Assembly: GCA_964016885.1 (NCBI GenBank)
Contig: OZ024746.1
Location: 89,962,001 to 90,026,000 of the forward strand
Length of the DNA stretch: 64,000 nt
Reading direction: 5' to 3'
From: Eledone cirrhosa
Taxonomy: Eukaryota
The position numbers and the translations under genes were made by a program. This document shows, one piece after another, positions 14,229 through 29,231 of this stretch (the stretch's first letter is position 1; every line of letters starts with the position of its first letter). The notes under the pieces were generated by a model that was given only the letters and a program-made list of their open reading frames with translations, made no database searches and was not told where the DNA came from.

Positions 14229-14264
14229 ATTCTAAATTACATTAGGCCACATCACATGATATTT
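14146..14264. repeat. Palindrome centred on (TA)n
   Basis: gtgatgtggcctaatgcaatttagaatt...aattctaaattacattaggccacatcac. Confidence 0.9.
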
Positions 14265-16309
14265 ATATATATATATATATCTCACTAAAATATACCAAAT
14301 AGTTTTAATCTTTGTTTGGCCAATAGATGAAATTATTCACTGTTAATATATAAATATTTTGAAGAATTAAATATAAATTATATAAATATTCTATTGATTT
14401 TAATTACTCATTTGTCTATAATAGCATGATCAGAGGTTTCACCTGCTAAGAACTCTCATAGATATTATAAGAAGAATAATTTGTTTCAGCCAATGTAATA
14501 ATAGGTTTTGATTATTGCAAAGACTATCATGGTGTGTACAGCTTAAATACGGTCATTTAGAAAGGGCAAACACAAAGTGTAATCCCAGAAGTATTCTTCC
14601 TCAAATGGAATGGATCTGAAACCTGAAAGTCTGAAAAACATTTCATTATTTGTAATTGAATTCCCAGTCACAAACCTCATATTAATCGCTTTTGTACCAT
14701 AGCTTAAGATATTCATGAACTGCTGACCATCATCAGATATAATATATGCTTACAGTTTGACGTATCAATTTACAAGTAAATTTCGGGGCTGACAATGCGC
14801 TAAAATCTGTCAAGCTTACTGCTTATCCCACTAAAGCACCAGACACTTAGTGTGCTTACAACCTGTTACTTCTGTGAAATCTTCTTCGGGTGTGTACATG
14901 GAATTATCAAGAGACTGAAATGAGATGATGAAATCAAACAATATTTTAAACACCGCTGAGAGCTACACATAGATTGAGGTACAGAAATCCCACAATAACA
15001 ATAACGGATGCCTTTCCCTGTGTGATTTGTAATTCTAAATCAAAGAATACAACCCTTAAACAATAACAAACACAACGTATATGGCATAATCATGGATTAC
15101 AATTTATTTCTAAAAACTGAGTCTAAGATATATGTTGGCAAAATGTAGCGAGGTTGAGAATAAAACCACCAGCACCAAAGAATTCCCAAATATCTTTATA
15201 GAAATCGGCTGTCCATATAATAACACTACGAATGCAGGAGTGCGCACTCCATGGAGAGTTACACATCCTGAAGCAGTATATTTCATTGAAAGAAATACTG
15301 CTGCATTCCCACAGATGACCCGAAGGAACTAGCTCAAATTACAACTGGTGCAATCCTATCCTCACAGGGGATATTTCCTTCCAAATATTCAACTATAATA
15401 TCGTAAGGAAGACACCTGACCAACAGCAATGTGAATGTGTCACGTAAATAATATTATATGAGAGAGATTAGTGGCTAATACACAGAAAATACTACTTAGA
15501 ATCTAAGCGTTTCCATTAAGTGATCTTTCAGACAGAAAAATACAAATTCTCATACATAATATGTCAGCATTGAAATAGACGATACTATCCACAGATGTCG
15601 AAAGGTTGCTTATAATCTATACTACCTGAGTTGATATATCTCGTTTTCACGAACTTTTTTTTAAGACTATTGCTGTACACATCACGGTGCACTCCTACAT
15701 ATAAATTACTTTGTCACTGATGCGTTTAAATATTATTCCATTAAATCGGTAAAGACGACGACTACGATTTCCTCACATAAAGCTGAAACATTGAAGATCT
15801 TATTAGCTATTATTTATCTGTGCTACATCGCTGTAAAGTACAGATATTTGAAGTATTCACATAGAATTTCGCCGGTATAGGAAATAACAATTTAATTTTG
15901 TCATTGCGACGTATTTCTTCAGCAAATATTTGCATTATCTGCTCTATGCACGGAAATTAGGTTCGTTTGCTATAGCTGCTAGGTATATTATATAAGTGGC
16001 ATTGGCGACGCCAGATTGTCTCAAAATGTAAATACATATCTTTTTAAGATATTTCTTTGATTATAAATGCATATCTATGTATTAAATGCAATTCTGAATT
16101 ACGGTGGCACTGATCTTCAAGTATTTATTTCCTAAATTTTATATTTGCTATTAAATACACTTTTTTCCATTAAGGAATTTAAAATTTGTTATTGACGTTT
16201 CAACATAAACTAAAATATTAACACTTGATATTATATAAATATATGTGAGATGTTGATTGTCAGTATCAATAGCAATATTTAGTGACGACTTTCTAGGGTC
16301 TATGTTAAA

Positions 16310-16443
16310 AACTCGCCAAGGTCATCTCTGCATTTCATCCTTCCTAACTCGATGAAATAAAGTACCAGTTAAGTATTGGGATGGATTTAATGGACTCTCC
16401 CTCACCCATTTAAATTGTTGTGCTTGTGTCAAATGTAGAAAGC
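16310..16443 (+). mobile_element. SINE 3' half (diverged)
   Basis: catttcatcc...aaataaagtaccagtt...tgtgtcaaatgtagaa. Confidence 0.7.
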
Positions 16444-16448
16444 ATATA

Positions 16449-16615
16449 TCGCATTTCCCGGCGCCGAAGATGCTTTGTCCTCGAGGACGCACCCTAATTT
16501 TGACAACCAACAATTTGAAAAACATAATAAACATCCTTCGGCCTCCAGTATACATGGTAGATTTTTGAGACTTATTCTAGGAAAAAGGTAGCGTCTTCGA
16601 CGCCGGGACATACGG
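16449..16615. mobile_element. Tc1/mariner-pogo-type MITE with ~25-bp TIRs and TA target duplication
   Basis: TA|TCGCATTTCCCGGCGCCGAAGATGC ... GCGTCTTCGACGCCGGGACATACGG|TA (CCGTA-type termini). Confidence 0.75.
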
Positions 16616-18299
16616 TACTTTTACATATATTCCACACACGCACACACAGACACAGAGTCATACACGCACAGCCATGCACGCACACAAGGGAATATATTTT
16701 TCAACGGCTTATATAATAGGCTATAATTATTGTTTCAAATAATTGTTTCTACTTTTGGCGCAAATAATGTATAATCTACATGCATGAATGTGATAACAGT
16801 TATTGAGATGTCAAATAATACAACTGGAATACCATATCTTACCATTGCCCAAATGCGCATATTTGTTATTAATGCTTCCACGCATGTAACATAATTCATG
16901 AATTTACACGTTTAGTGGATCTGCCGATTATCAGCTGTGAATACACTTTGCCGCAGATGGAATCTGTGTTTATACGCCTTTATACAAATGTATGTTAATT
17001 CATGTATACACAACTATTTCACTGCATGTACATTACAATGTTCATGTGAACATAAACGTATCTAAATAAATAGACGGCAGTTTGTCTGGTTATTAAATTG
17101 AATATTTTCCAATTCTAAATAAAGCGTAAACAGAAATTTACAAAAGGATACAATACTTTATTAGTACCGTTTTTTTTTCTTTCTTGAAATAACTCGAAGG
17201 AAGGTGCTTAGATCACTTCTAAATAAAGCAGGATGACATTACTACAAAATTACTCTCTGTGACTCATCTCCCCCCCCCCTCCATCCCCGCACATTTAATT
17301 AAGAGACAGCAAATAACGACAGTAATGAAATATTTAAAATATATTTAAATAAAATGCGAAGAGATGTTAATTAAATAACTAATGGGGGAAAATTCATGAT
17401 ATATACAAGCAAACATAGCTGACAATGGGATGGTAATAAATAAAACGGTGGAAATAGTAAAACAATTGAATCGGGTGGGTTTATGTATGCAAATCTGAAT
17501 TAAAAGAGACCAAGGATATGATCTAATGGGAATCAACTGAGAGTTCATTTATTCTACCATTCCGCCATTTTATAATATAAATGTTACAATTGTAGAGCTC
17601 GCTGTGAGACTAAGATTCATCCGAGAATCACGCAGTGAATTCGCTGGTTTTGTGAGTCGAGCATACAGATTGTATATGACCAAATTAGCGGCAGTATCAG
17701 GTTACTTTACAGACCAACTGCATTTCACTGTTTAAATGAACTTTGTGCTTAACTTGAATTATGAAAATATAACTAATCTGAAGTTTAGATGCTTTTGTGG
17801 TCAGTCAGAAAGTGGTGGACATGCGCTTTGTTTCGGTTATGTAGTCGGGGGTGTTGTGTTAAATTTGAATATCTGATGAAGGGATTCTAGTACTTTTTCA
17901 ACTGTTGCATCAAACATTCTAATATTAAATGAACATACATATGTTGAGAAAAATGAATACATTATCATACAAAGAGGGAATAATAATCATTGGTATGTAT
18001 TAAGCGAGTAAATATGCGAAGAGAATTGGATTCGAAATCGTGAGGTTTTGATTTCGATTTCCCAACAGCCCGATGCCTGATGTCCTTGCGCTAGACACGT
18101 TATTTCAGGAGGCTACTTCTGCCTCGATTTGCGACGGAAGTAGTATTAGCTGCTGAAAAGACAAATGGAAACATTGTTTCTTCGGTCTTATTTGACGAGC
18201 TGTACCCGACTCTTTAAGCGAATGAAATCTGGGATCATTTTGACCGACTATCGATACGTGGAAATATAAACACCAATATAAATGTATTATTTTAATTGG

Positions 18300-18490
18300 G
18301 TCGGATTGGAAGTATCGAATGAGGGTCGGACGCCATTCTTTGTAGCATATAGTTACGGCCCTTTACGGCCTGAGTTCAAATCCTTCTGAGGTTAACTTTG
18401 TCTTTCACACTTACGGGGTCGATAAAATAAAGTACCAATAATGCAATTGGATAATTGCTGGACTCGTGCCAAAAGTAGAAGCAATTATTT
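18300..18490 (+). mobile_element. Octopus-type tRNA-derived SINE
   Basis: B-box gagttcaaatcc and consensus body/tail. Confidence 0.85.
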
Positions 18491-19298
18491 TAATTGGTGA
18501 GCTATACGCTATTCGTAATCAAAACAACGGATACTCAGATTCATTTAGAATTGACTTACTGAATGATTATTGAGCTTTTTCTTGTGCAAGGGTGCAATAA
18601 GTATTATTCTGTATAAATACTGTGGCACTCGTTCAGTTATTGCAAAGTGGCTTTTAAAATAATGTGACAGAAATAAAACAAATTATGTACGAAGAATAAC
18701 AGATAAGTTAGCACATAATCCAATAAATAGACATACAACTAAAACTACACTAAATATACTACGGAAGATGCAAGGTAAAATTTGCAGAAAATCTGTAGAT
18801 AGTAAATTACGCTTTAAAATATAAGAAATTATCATTACAATCATGTATTTAAAATTTCGTAACAATGATTATAAATTGTGAGAAAAATCCACAGAGTAAT
18901 ACATTCGATAACTATGAAGTGGGATTAATAGATCAAGGGTATTTAAAGATTAGCATATACACACACACGGTCACTGATTTGGTGGGTTTTATTAGGCTCC
19001 AGCGCGCTTTATATTTTCAGGATATTTGCAAAGATTCGAAAGAAATAGCTCAATGAATTGCATCACATGGGGCACAAATGAACTAGTCATATATTTCACG
19101 CAACCCTATATTATCGAAGCCGAATTAATGAATTGCACAGTTAAAATCAGAGAGTAGAGGAACATACTGCCAGAACAAAAAAAGCATGAGCGTTGTCAGA
19201 GAAATCTCACCTTTTTCCAATTGCACAGTACACATACCTTCATCATTTACCGTATGCAGATATCATATATATATATATATGTATATATACCACCCACC

Positions 19299-19373
<75 letters not shown>

Positions 19374-19467
19374 AGAACGGCGAAGAACTCAAGAGCAGAC
19401 GCTTTGTCCGTTCCCATGTCGATTCAATTTGGATTGCGTCGGAAACATAACCTTATTATGTAACAAT

Positions 19468-19533
19468 CTGTCTGATGATGTCATGGCACTGGGCGCACCG
19501 AACCGTGTGGCCACTGTTGTCATTGAAATATAT
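19468..19533 (+). ncRNA. Hammerhead motif truncated in stem III by a SINE 3' fragment (19534-19615)
   Basis: CTGATGA-long imperfect stem II-GAAA-TATAT, then SINE ccttacgggtcgataaaataaagtacc; a similar start (atctgtctgatgatg) occurs at 48336. Confidence 0.55.
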
Positions 19534-20510
19534 CCTTACGGGTCGATAAAATAAAGTACCAGTAATGCACTGGATAAGTGTTGGCCTTGTGCCTAAATTA
19601 GAAACAATTATTATTAAAGGACTTTAACATCTGAAACTACTTCGTTTTCTTATTCGATTATATATATACATATATATATAATTTGTGTTCCACCCAGTCA
19701 TAATATGGATGAAAAATAAGTTAGTTAATGTAATCTAGTTAATTATATATATTTATGTCGAAACGCAGCGCATATTTGGATATTTTAAAATCATGTTTAT
19801 ATCTTCTTCTTTGGAGGAAAGCCATTTCGGCTGATTGTATTGTAGATTGTATTATTTACGTTATTACCCAAGTTTCATGGCCATTGGCAAGGATTGGTTC
19901 GGATACCGAATTCAAGTCGTGTTTGATTTTTACAGCTACCTCCCCTTTTCTAATTAGCGAATGCTAATTTGAGCGTATTAATTCAACAGCTCATGCAATT
20001 CTTGCAATTTATAACTCTCTTTACATGCTTCATAACTATCTTACAAATTATGTCTCTGTGATGTTTTGAAACCTTCCTCCGACAAAATAGTAGTTCTATA
20101 TTTGAAACATCATAGTTTCAATAAGATTAACTTACCGAGAGTCGAGTAAACATTTCAGTTTGAACCTTGTTTCTTTTCAAATCTCATAGACCGTAATATG
20201 TGAATTTGTTTCAATCGTATCTATTAGTTAATATTACTTGATTTACTAAGATAAACTCAAGAATAATGACACATGCTGATATAAGTTTGTGATTCACGTG
20301 TCAAATATGTGGTCTTTTATCGATTTCTGTATATTCACAAGCACTCACACACAAAATCAGGAACACATACACAGACACGAACATACACATACATAGACAC
20401 ACAAATAACAGACATATGCTATTATTTACACACACACGCACACACACAAGTAGACACCCACCCACAAACACACACACACACACACACACACGCACTCACA
20501 CACACACACG

Positions 20511-20641
<131 letters not shown>

Positions 20642-20725
20642 GGAGGCGCTAAACAGCAGTTAGACTATTACTCACCAGAGTACTCCTTTTCAAATGTCTT
20701 TCAACATACAAATATAGGGAGAATA

Positions 20726-20799
20726 TAGGGAAACTCTTTATAATGCACGATTATATGTGTATATATATATATAATCGTGCATTATAAAGAGTTTCCCTA
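20726..20799. repeat. Palindrome centred on a TA/TG tract
   Basis: tagggaaactctttataatgcacgatt / aatcgtgcattataaagagtttcccta. Confidence 0.9.
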
Positions 20800-20804
20800 A
20801 GTGT

Positions 20805-20890
<86 letters not shown>

Positions 20891-20957
20891 AAAAAGAGAT
20901 GAAATCGAAAATGCACTGGAGTCTTATTTTTTTAAAAATATATATATTTATTTGGTT

Positions 20958-20995
20958 CCTTTACCGGTTTCGCAGTTCTTCTGCTTTTCAAAAGG
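20958..20995 (-). ncRNA. Ultra-minimal U3-A8 hammerhead (inverted copy)
   Basis: Reverse complement of 21042-21079. Confidence 0.8.
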
Positions 20996-21041
20996 TGAGT
21001 TGAGAAGGAGGGAAAAACCACAGACCCTCCTTCTCAACTCA

Positions 21042-21079
21042 CCTTTTGAAAAGCAGAAGAACTGCGAAACCGGTAAAGG
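21042..21079 (+). ncRNA. Ultra-minimal (38-nt) hammerhead ribozyme with U3-A8 core
   Basis: CCTT-TTGAAAA-GCAG-AAGAA-CTGC-GAAA-CCGG-TA-AAGG; palindromic ACCGGT stem III. Confidence 0.82.
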
Positions 21080-21208
21080 AACCAAATAAATATATATATT
21101 TAAAAAAAAAATAAGACTCCAGTTGCATTTTCGATTTCATATTTTTTCTTTATACTTTCACTCGTGTAGGACACCTCAGTTATTTTTCATTTTGTAAAAA
21201 AACCTCAC

Positions 21209-21254
<46 letters not shown>

Positions 21255-21255
<1 letters not shown>

Positions 21256-22047
21256 TTAAATTGGTTGACACATATATGTATCTAAATTAAACACATGAAA
21301 CAATCACAGGCTATAATTTGTAAACTGTGTAAGCACACACAGCTAGGTAGGTGACTAATTAAATTTTAACTAGAGCTTCAAATATAGATACCTTTTTATT
21401 AATTTGTAGTTGATATAACATGCTCGGATCTATTCATTGGAATCTTTGAGCATATTCTACAGTATATATGGCGCATGTCTCTCGGACATGGCACCCTTAT
21501 TTTAATTTTGGATATATATACGGCCCCTTAATTGTAGAGCCAACTCAGTTGAAAGGACTCGGCTGCTATTTCTAGCTGTCGATAATCCTGTTCACGCCAC
21601 TGGGATGACGCTGGTACGATGTGTGTATTTAAAAAAAAATGCAACACGTGCGACTGGTCATTCCCAGATTTGCATTTGTTGTGTAAACACAGATAGTTAA
21701 ATCTTCCTTGTTGAAAATTCGTATTTTTGCCTACTGTGATCATCGATTGATGGTGAAATATATTTCTTTAATGAAAGATATACAAGGGAGTTTAATCATT
21801 TTAAAGGTGATCTATATTTAAGATTCGAGTTAAACTTTAATTAGTTACCTACCAAGCTGTGTGTGCTTACACACTTTACAAATTATCCTCTGTGATTGTT
21901 GCATGTGTTTATTTTAGATATATATATGTGTCAATCAATTTCTAGTTGATATAAAATGCTCGGATCTATTCATAAGAATCTTTGACCATATTCTACAGTG
22001 AATATGGTGCATGTCTTTTGGACATGAGACCCTTAATTTAATATTGG

Positions 22048-22048
<1 letters not shown>
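21255..22048 (+). mobile_element. Two related cassettes: [inverted arm 21258-21396 + tail 21400-21512] and [direct arm 21803-21940 + same tail 21941-22048]
   Basis: Arm sequences are reverse complements of each other, tails are direct repeats, and both end in (TA)n. Confidence 0.7.
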
Positions 22049-22079
<31 letters not shown>

Positions 22080-23271
22080 GTTATTTAATCTTGGGTGAAT
22101 CTCCTGTAGCTGATGCCATGTGGTTTATTAGTCAACATTGATGCTATTTGAAACAACTTGAAAATATAATATCTATACCATGAAGCGGTTATTTAGAACA
22201 TCCTAAAATATCTTCTAATATACATAAACATTTCATTAAAGTGTAATGACAGCATTTGTCATTTTTTAATTTGCAAATATACTAGAGAAAATCCCCGTTA
22301 TATTTTTGTGTGTATAATAATATCCTCGTCATTTTTAGCCAAAACTACAACAAAAATATTACAACAAATTATAACTACCCATCACTTATGGCGTCAAGCA
22401 TATTATTGAAATATGCTGTAAGGCAATTAGCGAGAATCTTTCCCATAAACCAGTAAAATGCGCCAGTCTCATTTAATTACAGTTGCAGTAAAAATCAATA
22501 AATGTATTTGTAAGTGTTTCAAGATTTAGTTTAAATGTTTACTCATAAATATCTGAAATTTCCATTAGATGGACATTTTTCTACGAAAAGCAGTCTCTTA
22601 TTTTATTAGATATAACTCCAATGTGTTATTTAAATTTGCATTCATTTTCAAAATGTATTTCTTAGTTTTTGTTGTTATCATTATTGGCATTTCTCCCCTT
22701 CCCTTAATAATTTCTTTTGTATTACTGATTTTTTAAATTATTTAGCTATTTATTTTTGAATATCTTAATATTTACTTTTATACCTGTTTTATTTGTAATG
22801 TTTAAATATTCATTTTTATTCTGCTTTCTGACTTTTAATGTTTGTTGCTTCTACTTTTCTTTTTAGTTGATTGATGCTTGCTATTTCTTTCTAAGTTTAT
22901 CATTTTGTTTTATGTTTGTTGCTTTTAATACTTTTTTCATCGTTCCTTGCTTTGCAATTCTCTCCGAGTTTCGTTTGGACTTCACTGATTTTAAAGAGAT
23001 TGTCTATCAATGTCAGCGGGACGTGACGCCAAATACCAAGTAAGAAAGAAAGAGAAAAGCATTGAATGTCAGAAACAATACGCAGGGAAACCATTATTAT
23101 ATGATTGATTAACTTCTTTGAATTAGTTTTGAGACAGTATACATCTGTAAGCTGGATGCTATTGGTTGATTATTACTTTGACTCAGATGCAAGTGTAGGA
23201 TATGTAATGTTTCTATTTTCATTTGCGTAGAAATACACTTTCATTTCAATCGTGTGGACTTTATTTTTAAC

Positions 23272-23300
<29 letters not shown>

Positions 23301-23303
<3 letters not shown>

Positions 23304-23826
23304 TCTATATTATTCTGCCGGTACTACTACCCCATTACGCAATTAGCATTACGCCCAGACATAATCAGTATAATTACTACAAACGACTTCCCAACTGTAT
23401 CTCAGCCAAACCTCTCCCGAAACGCCGACAGGGGATGAATGAAACCGAGATATATGGATATGGTATTATAAAAGGAGTTACATATACGGGTACCCATGTT
23501 TAAGAGTGTATGCATACTTATCTGGTTTAGCGTGCATGGGATTTATTGTGCTATATATATATATATATATATATAGTATAGTAAATCCCATGCACCCTAA
23601 ACCAGATAAGTATGCATACACTCTTAAACATGGGTACCCGTATATGTCAATCCTTTTATAATACCATATCCATATATCTCGGTTTCATTCATCCCCTGTT
23701 GGCGTTTCGGGAGAAGTCTGGCTGAGATACAGTTGGGAAGTCTTTTGTAGGAATTATACTGATTATGTCTGGGCGTAATGCTAATTACGTAATGGAGTAG
23801 TAGTACCGGCAGAATAATATGGAAAA
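23301..23826. repeat. ~250-bp-arm palindrome centred on (TA)n
   Basis: Arms 23301-23552 / 23576-23826 are reverse complements with scattered mismatches. Confidence 0.92.
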
Positions 23827-24518
23827 TATTAAGGCAACGGATAACAGTAAATGGAGCAGAATTCGAAATGATTGCGTAAGATCCTAACGCAAATGTCCTA
23901 TCTATTGTATCCGACGGTCAGGTGAAACTGTCTAATTCGTGACATTGTAGTTCGTCCATACGACTGTGAATTGAGTGTATAAGTATGCTCCGTGTATGTC
24001 TGTATCTGTCGGAATATGATGTTTTGTACATGTGTGTGTAATAACATGTGTTTGCTTGTATAATTCTATTACCTAGAAAACTATGGAACAATTATATTCG
24101 AACAACATAGAAACAATTATTCTCAGAACCAAAAAAAAAAAGGTTTCTGAGAACAATTGTTTCCAATTCTTTGCAAAACGCTTTATTTTATTATTAAATG
24201 AATATGTTTACGAATGTACAATGGAAGCAATTCAGTTTTAATTGCTTATAACGACCAGATCTTGTTTGAAACAGACGATGGTATTCTCAACTCTTTTGAA
24301 AGGCAACTGAAAGTATTATTGTAATATACGAAATTTAAATAAAAAAAGCACTTCAACAGCACTTGAATTCGGATGAAGTATAAAACAATGAAGTTGTTAA
24401 GGATTATTACAAACAATTTTATGTATAGAAAAACAAGCTCAATCAAAAGCATGTTAAATGAATTGAACCTGGCACGTACAAGACACACACACTCGCACAC
24501 ACACACAGACACACACAG

Positions 24519-24645
<127 letters not shown>

Positions 24646-25414
24646 AATTAAACAATTTACATTTTCGAAATTTTAGAATTGAATTTGTATGACCCTAGGG
24701 CGAACTTAGGCCGGCATAATTATATGCTAGTTTAACATTGCCTTTGAATCTTCGCTGGTTTGGGAATTAATATATAACAGCACTGCGTGAACCCCATTTC
24801 ATTGGGATTTTAGCCATTTGGTAAAGCAGTGTTAACACTCCAATTATTAATAATACTAGCAGAAAAAATCCTATTCGGGTGCTCTTTTTCCTGGTATTTG
24901 TAGTGTGCATGTTGATATTATAGCAAATATATAAATATGCATGTAGATATGATACGTCAATTAAAATATTACTTGACAATATGCACAGACATAGAAGAGA
25001 GACTGTTTTACACACACTTCTGTAATAAGTAAAGTAAACAATGATATATAAAAAAAGAAATCATAATGTATATGAACTGCGTTACTTCGAAATGTAATGA
25101 AAACGAAAAAGGAGAAAATTAGCGACGGAAATATATACGTTATACTGCAAAGATGTAAATATTTGAAACTTTATATTAGCAATGAGATATACTATCCGCT
25201 ATATCATAACCGGAAGTATTTACATCTTAAATTTTTAAAATAAATGACTCTTAAAATAAGAAATATTATATAGAAGAATATTTATGTTTAATCAACAGCT
25301 ACTGAATTTAGGAGATACATTACATAATATTCATTCAAGCATTTATTCAAAATAACCCAAATTCTTTTAATAACGTATTCAGAAAAGAAATCACTGACAG
25401 AGTGTCGCCGTCCT

Positions 25415-25591
25415 CCTATCGGTAGAGAGTCGTACGCCATGCTTTGCAGCAAAGAGTTACGGCCCTTTATGGTCCGAGTTCAAAACCTGCCGAGGTCAAC
25501 TTTGCCTGTCATCCTTAACGGGTCGATATAATAAAGTACCAGTAATACACTCAATTAATTGCTGGCCTTATGCCAAAAGTAGAAACAATTA
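25415..25591 (+). mobile_element. Octopus-type SINE
   Basis: Consensus match; tail-to-tail with the next copy. Confidence 0.85.
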
Positions 25592-25674
25592 TATACAAGA
25601 TTATCGTTATTACAACTATTATATATATATAATAGTAGTTATACTAGTAGTATAATATATATATAATAGTATTA

Positions 25675-25860
25675 ATAATTGTTTCTACTTTAGGCACAAG
25701 GCCAGCAATTACCCAGTTCATTACTGGTACTTTATTTTATCGACCCCGTAAGGATGAAAGGCAAAGTCAACCTCGGCGGGATTTGAACTCAGATCGTAAA
25801 GGGATGTAACTATGCTGGAAAGCATGGCGTCCGACCCTCTACCGATACTGCCAATCCACC
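25675..25860 (-). mobile_element. Octopus-type SINE
   Basis: Reverse-complement consensus match. Confidence 0.88.
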
Positions 25861-25954
25861 ATATTAATAATACTACTATTATATATACATAAGAGTAGAA
25901 TATATATATGTATATATTTTCGCAGTAATGTTTGTCCTCATTCTTTTGTACCGA

Positions 25955-26059
25955 AGTGTAATTAGATGTTAACATACAAATCTATCTCACGATCTATCTA
26001 CCTGCATATATATATACATATGTGTGTGGTGGGTATGGGCGAGCATTTATATACATACT

Positions 26060-26105
<46 letters not shown>

Positions 26106-26568
26106 CCACCTATGGACGCATCCAAGCAACATTACTACAAATATATATTAGTGTCTGCAGTTCTGTTCACATGCCAACACAAGAGCAATAATGAAGGGTT
26201 CATTCGACTGACATGGCTGTACAATTGAGGCTTGTCTGCATCATTGCAAACGGATCGAATGTTATTATTAATATTCGAAAATGTCACATTACATTTATTG
26301 TATTCAGCCATGTAAAGCGAAAATGTTCTCATATATATATATATGTATATATATATGTGTGTAAGTATGTATATCATCATCATCATCACTCGTCGACTAC
26401 TGTCGAGATGATGGCTCTCACTCTCATGCCCCAGAATTCCCTGTCCCCCATCGCTTCCCCCAATATGTATATAAATGCTCGCCAACACCCTCCCACACAT
26501 ATGTATATATATATATACAGGTAGTCAGATCGTGAGATAGATTTGAATGTTAACATCTAATTACACTG
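25955..26568. repeat. Inverted repeat with ~50-bp arms (25955-26005 / 26516-26568)
   Basis: agtgtaattagatgttaacat..atctatctcacgatct vs agatcgtgagatagatttgaatgttaacatctaattacact. Confidence 0.8.
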
Positions 26569-26671
26569 CGAATATATATATATATATATATTTTAAATAT
26601 ATATATATATTTTAAATATATATATATCAAGTATGTATGTTTTGAAACAGTGAGCGAGTTTGAAATTAGAA

Positions 26672-26745
26672 ATATAAGCTTTCACCGTATTTTTGACTAA
26701 AGAAATGTTTAGCCGGATAGTGAGGTTTAGAGTCCTCAGATAAAT
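26672..26745 (-). ncRNA. Candidate hammerhead motif (extended stem II, weak stem I)
   Basis: TTTAT-CTGAGGA-...CACTAT..GGCTAAA/TTTAGTC..ATACGGT-GAAA-GCTT-ATA. Confidence 0.5.
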
Positions 26746-26761
26746 GGAAAAAGGTGAGTAT

Positions 26762-26833
26762 TGACGTACATGGGAATCGAACTCACATCTTTGGTTATCC
26801 AGACCACTGTGCTGTCATTACACCAACACATCA
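26762..26833 (-). ncRNA. tRNA-like cloverleaf (SINE-head-like), with further copies at 27681-27728 (-, partial) and 27808-27879 (+)
   Basis: Acceptor TGA(C/T)GTG/TACGTCA, A-box TGGTGTAATGA, anticodon arm TGGT-CTGGATA-ACCA, B-box GAGTTCGATTCC, then TTTTT. Confidence 0.65.
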
Positions 26834-26896
26834 CCCATCTCCTTCCATTCAAATTAGAAGCTACATTCTTAGCAAGTAAATGTCAAATAAGTATGG

Positions 26897-27934
<1,038 letters not shown>

Positions 27935-28834
27935 AGTGTAATATCTAACACCTAGATCAGATGAAATGTTCCATCATCCTTCTTTACTCACAATCCTTTC
28001 TTCTGCAGTAAATGCAGCATGATGTATAAATCACCAGCTTGAGCAGATTGATATTTGAAGCCTAACCATAAAGACCTGAAATGTGAATACGTCTGCACAC
28101 ACATTTGTTGATATAGGATGGGACAATATTGTCTATTTGGATGGATAAACTCCGGGTCTTGTTGAGTCAATTTTGTATTAGTACTAAGTCCCTTACTATT
28201 TTTCCCTATTCCTTTAATGATATCTGCAGTCGTACGCTCGATTGCACACACGTTTTGATTGTAATTTCATTCTAATGTGTTATTTTTAAAGAAAACCAGG
28301 TCATTTTTTATTTTAAACCCGTAAGAATATAATGTGACATACCAAAATAATCACCTGAACAGAATTTGGTATGTCGGTTTTCTGATAACATTTTATCTTT
28401 TGTTGTTAACAGGCGGTTCTTTATCGTGAAGAAACGTTATTGATGTTTCGGAGGATTATTTTGAATTTGTATCTAGTGTCATTGAAAATAGGTTAGCTAC
28501 ACGCAGCTACGTCTAAGCTTCACTTAACATATAACCTTGAGGTACTGTGTTTCTTGCATTTAGAAGTTGTTTTGGTATTACGTTTTATTGGATTGTCAAG
28601 TGGTACATTTCCTAGTGGTGTACCTACAGTAGAATCTACCCCAATTTTGCCCTTACAAAAGCGTGTTGTTGTTTGATGTGTGGTTTGGGCGGTGTGTGTC
28701 ACGAACCCGGCCCCTTAGTGGTATGCGTAGTTTATTGTTGTTTATCTGGGTGTGATCCCTTAATTCTTTGCTTGGTGCGAGGGTTAATTTTATTTCTCCT
28801 ATTTTACGCGCGGCTGCTTTTAGTATTGTCATGC

Positions 28835-29104
28835 TAAGTACCAGTCACGCACTGGGGTCGATATAATCGACTTTGCCCTCCTCAAAAATGTTTGGCCTTG
28901 TGTCTATATAAGAAACCATTGCATAGTTTGCAGCATAGAGTTACGGCCCTTTATAGTCTGAATTCAAATCCCGCCGTAGTTGATTTTGCCTTTCATCCCT
29001 ACGGTGTCGAATTAAATAAAGCACAAGTAACATACTGGGGTCGATTTAATCGGCTTTCCCCTTTCTCCAAATTACTGGCCTTGTGGCTATACTAGAAATT
29101 ATTA
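28835..29104 (+). mobile_element. SINE 3' fragment followed by a 5'-truncated SINE
   Basis: Consensus matches; flanking tgtcatgctaag duplication. Confidence 0.8.
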
Positions 29105-29231
29105 CTGTCATGCTAAGCTATCTCAACCACTCCCTGCTTGTCGGTGATCTATATCGTCCACACATGATTGATTTATACCTATTCAGTCTCATCTTTATAA
29201 TTTCTCTTTGTGTCAAGAACTGGTGATCAAT

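Larger units (their letters stand above)
20886..21214 (+). mobile_element. PLE-type foldback cassette: arms ~20886-21012 / 21025-21152 plus tail to 21214, between (TA)n tracts
   Basis: ~127-bp inverted repeat, 12-nt spacer, HHR in each arm. Confidence 0.8.

Noticed and set aside
15132-15332. KEFPNIFIEIGC...TPWRVTH resembling a gypsy pol pre-RT segment
   Set aside because: Short, with no downstream RT motifs or LTRs visible
26762-26833. Functional tRNA gene (GGA anticodon)
   Set aside because: Mismatched stems, atypical anticodon for a eukaryote and occurrence in rearranged repeats; treated as repeat-derived
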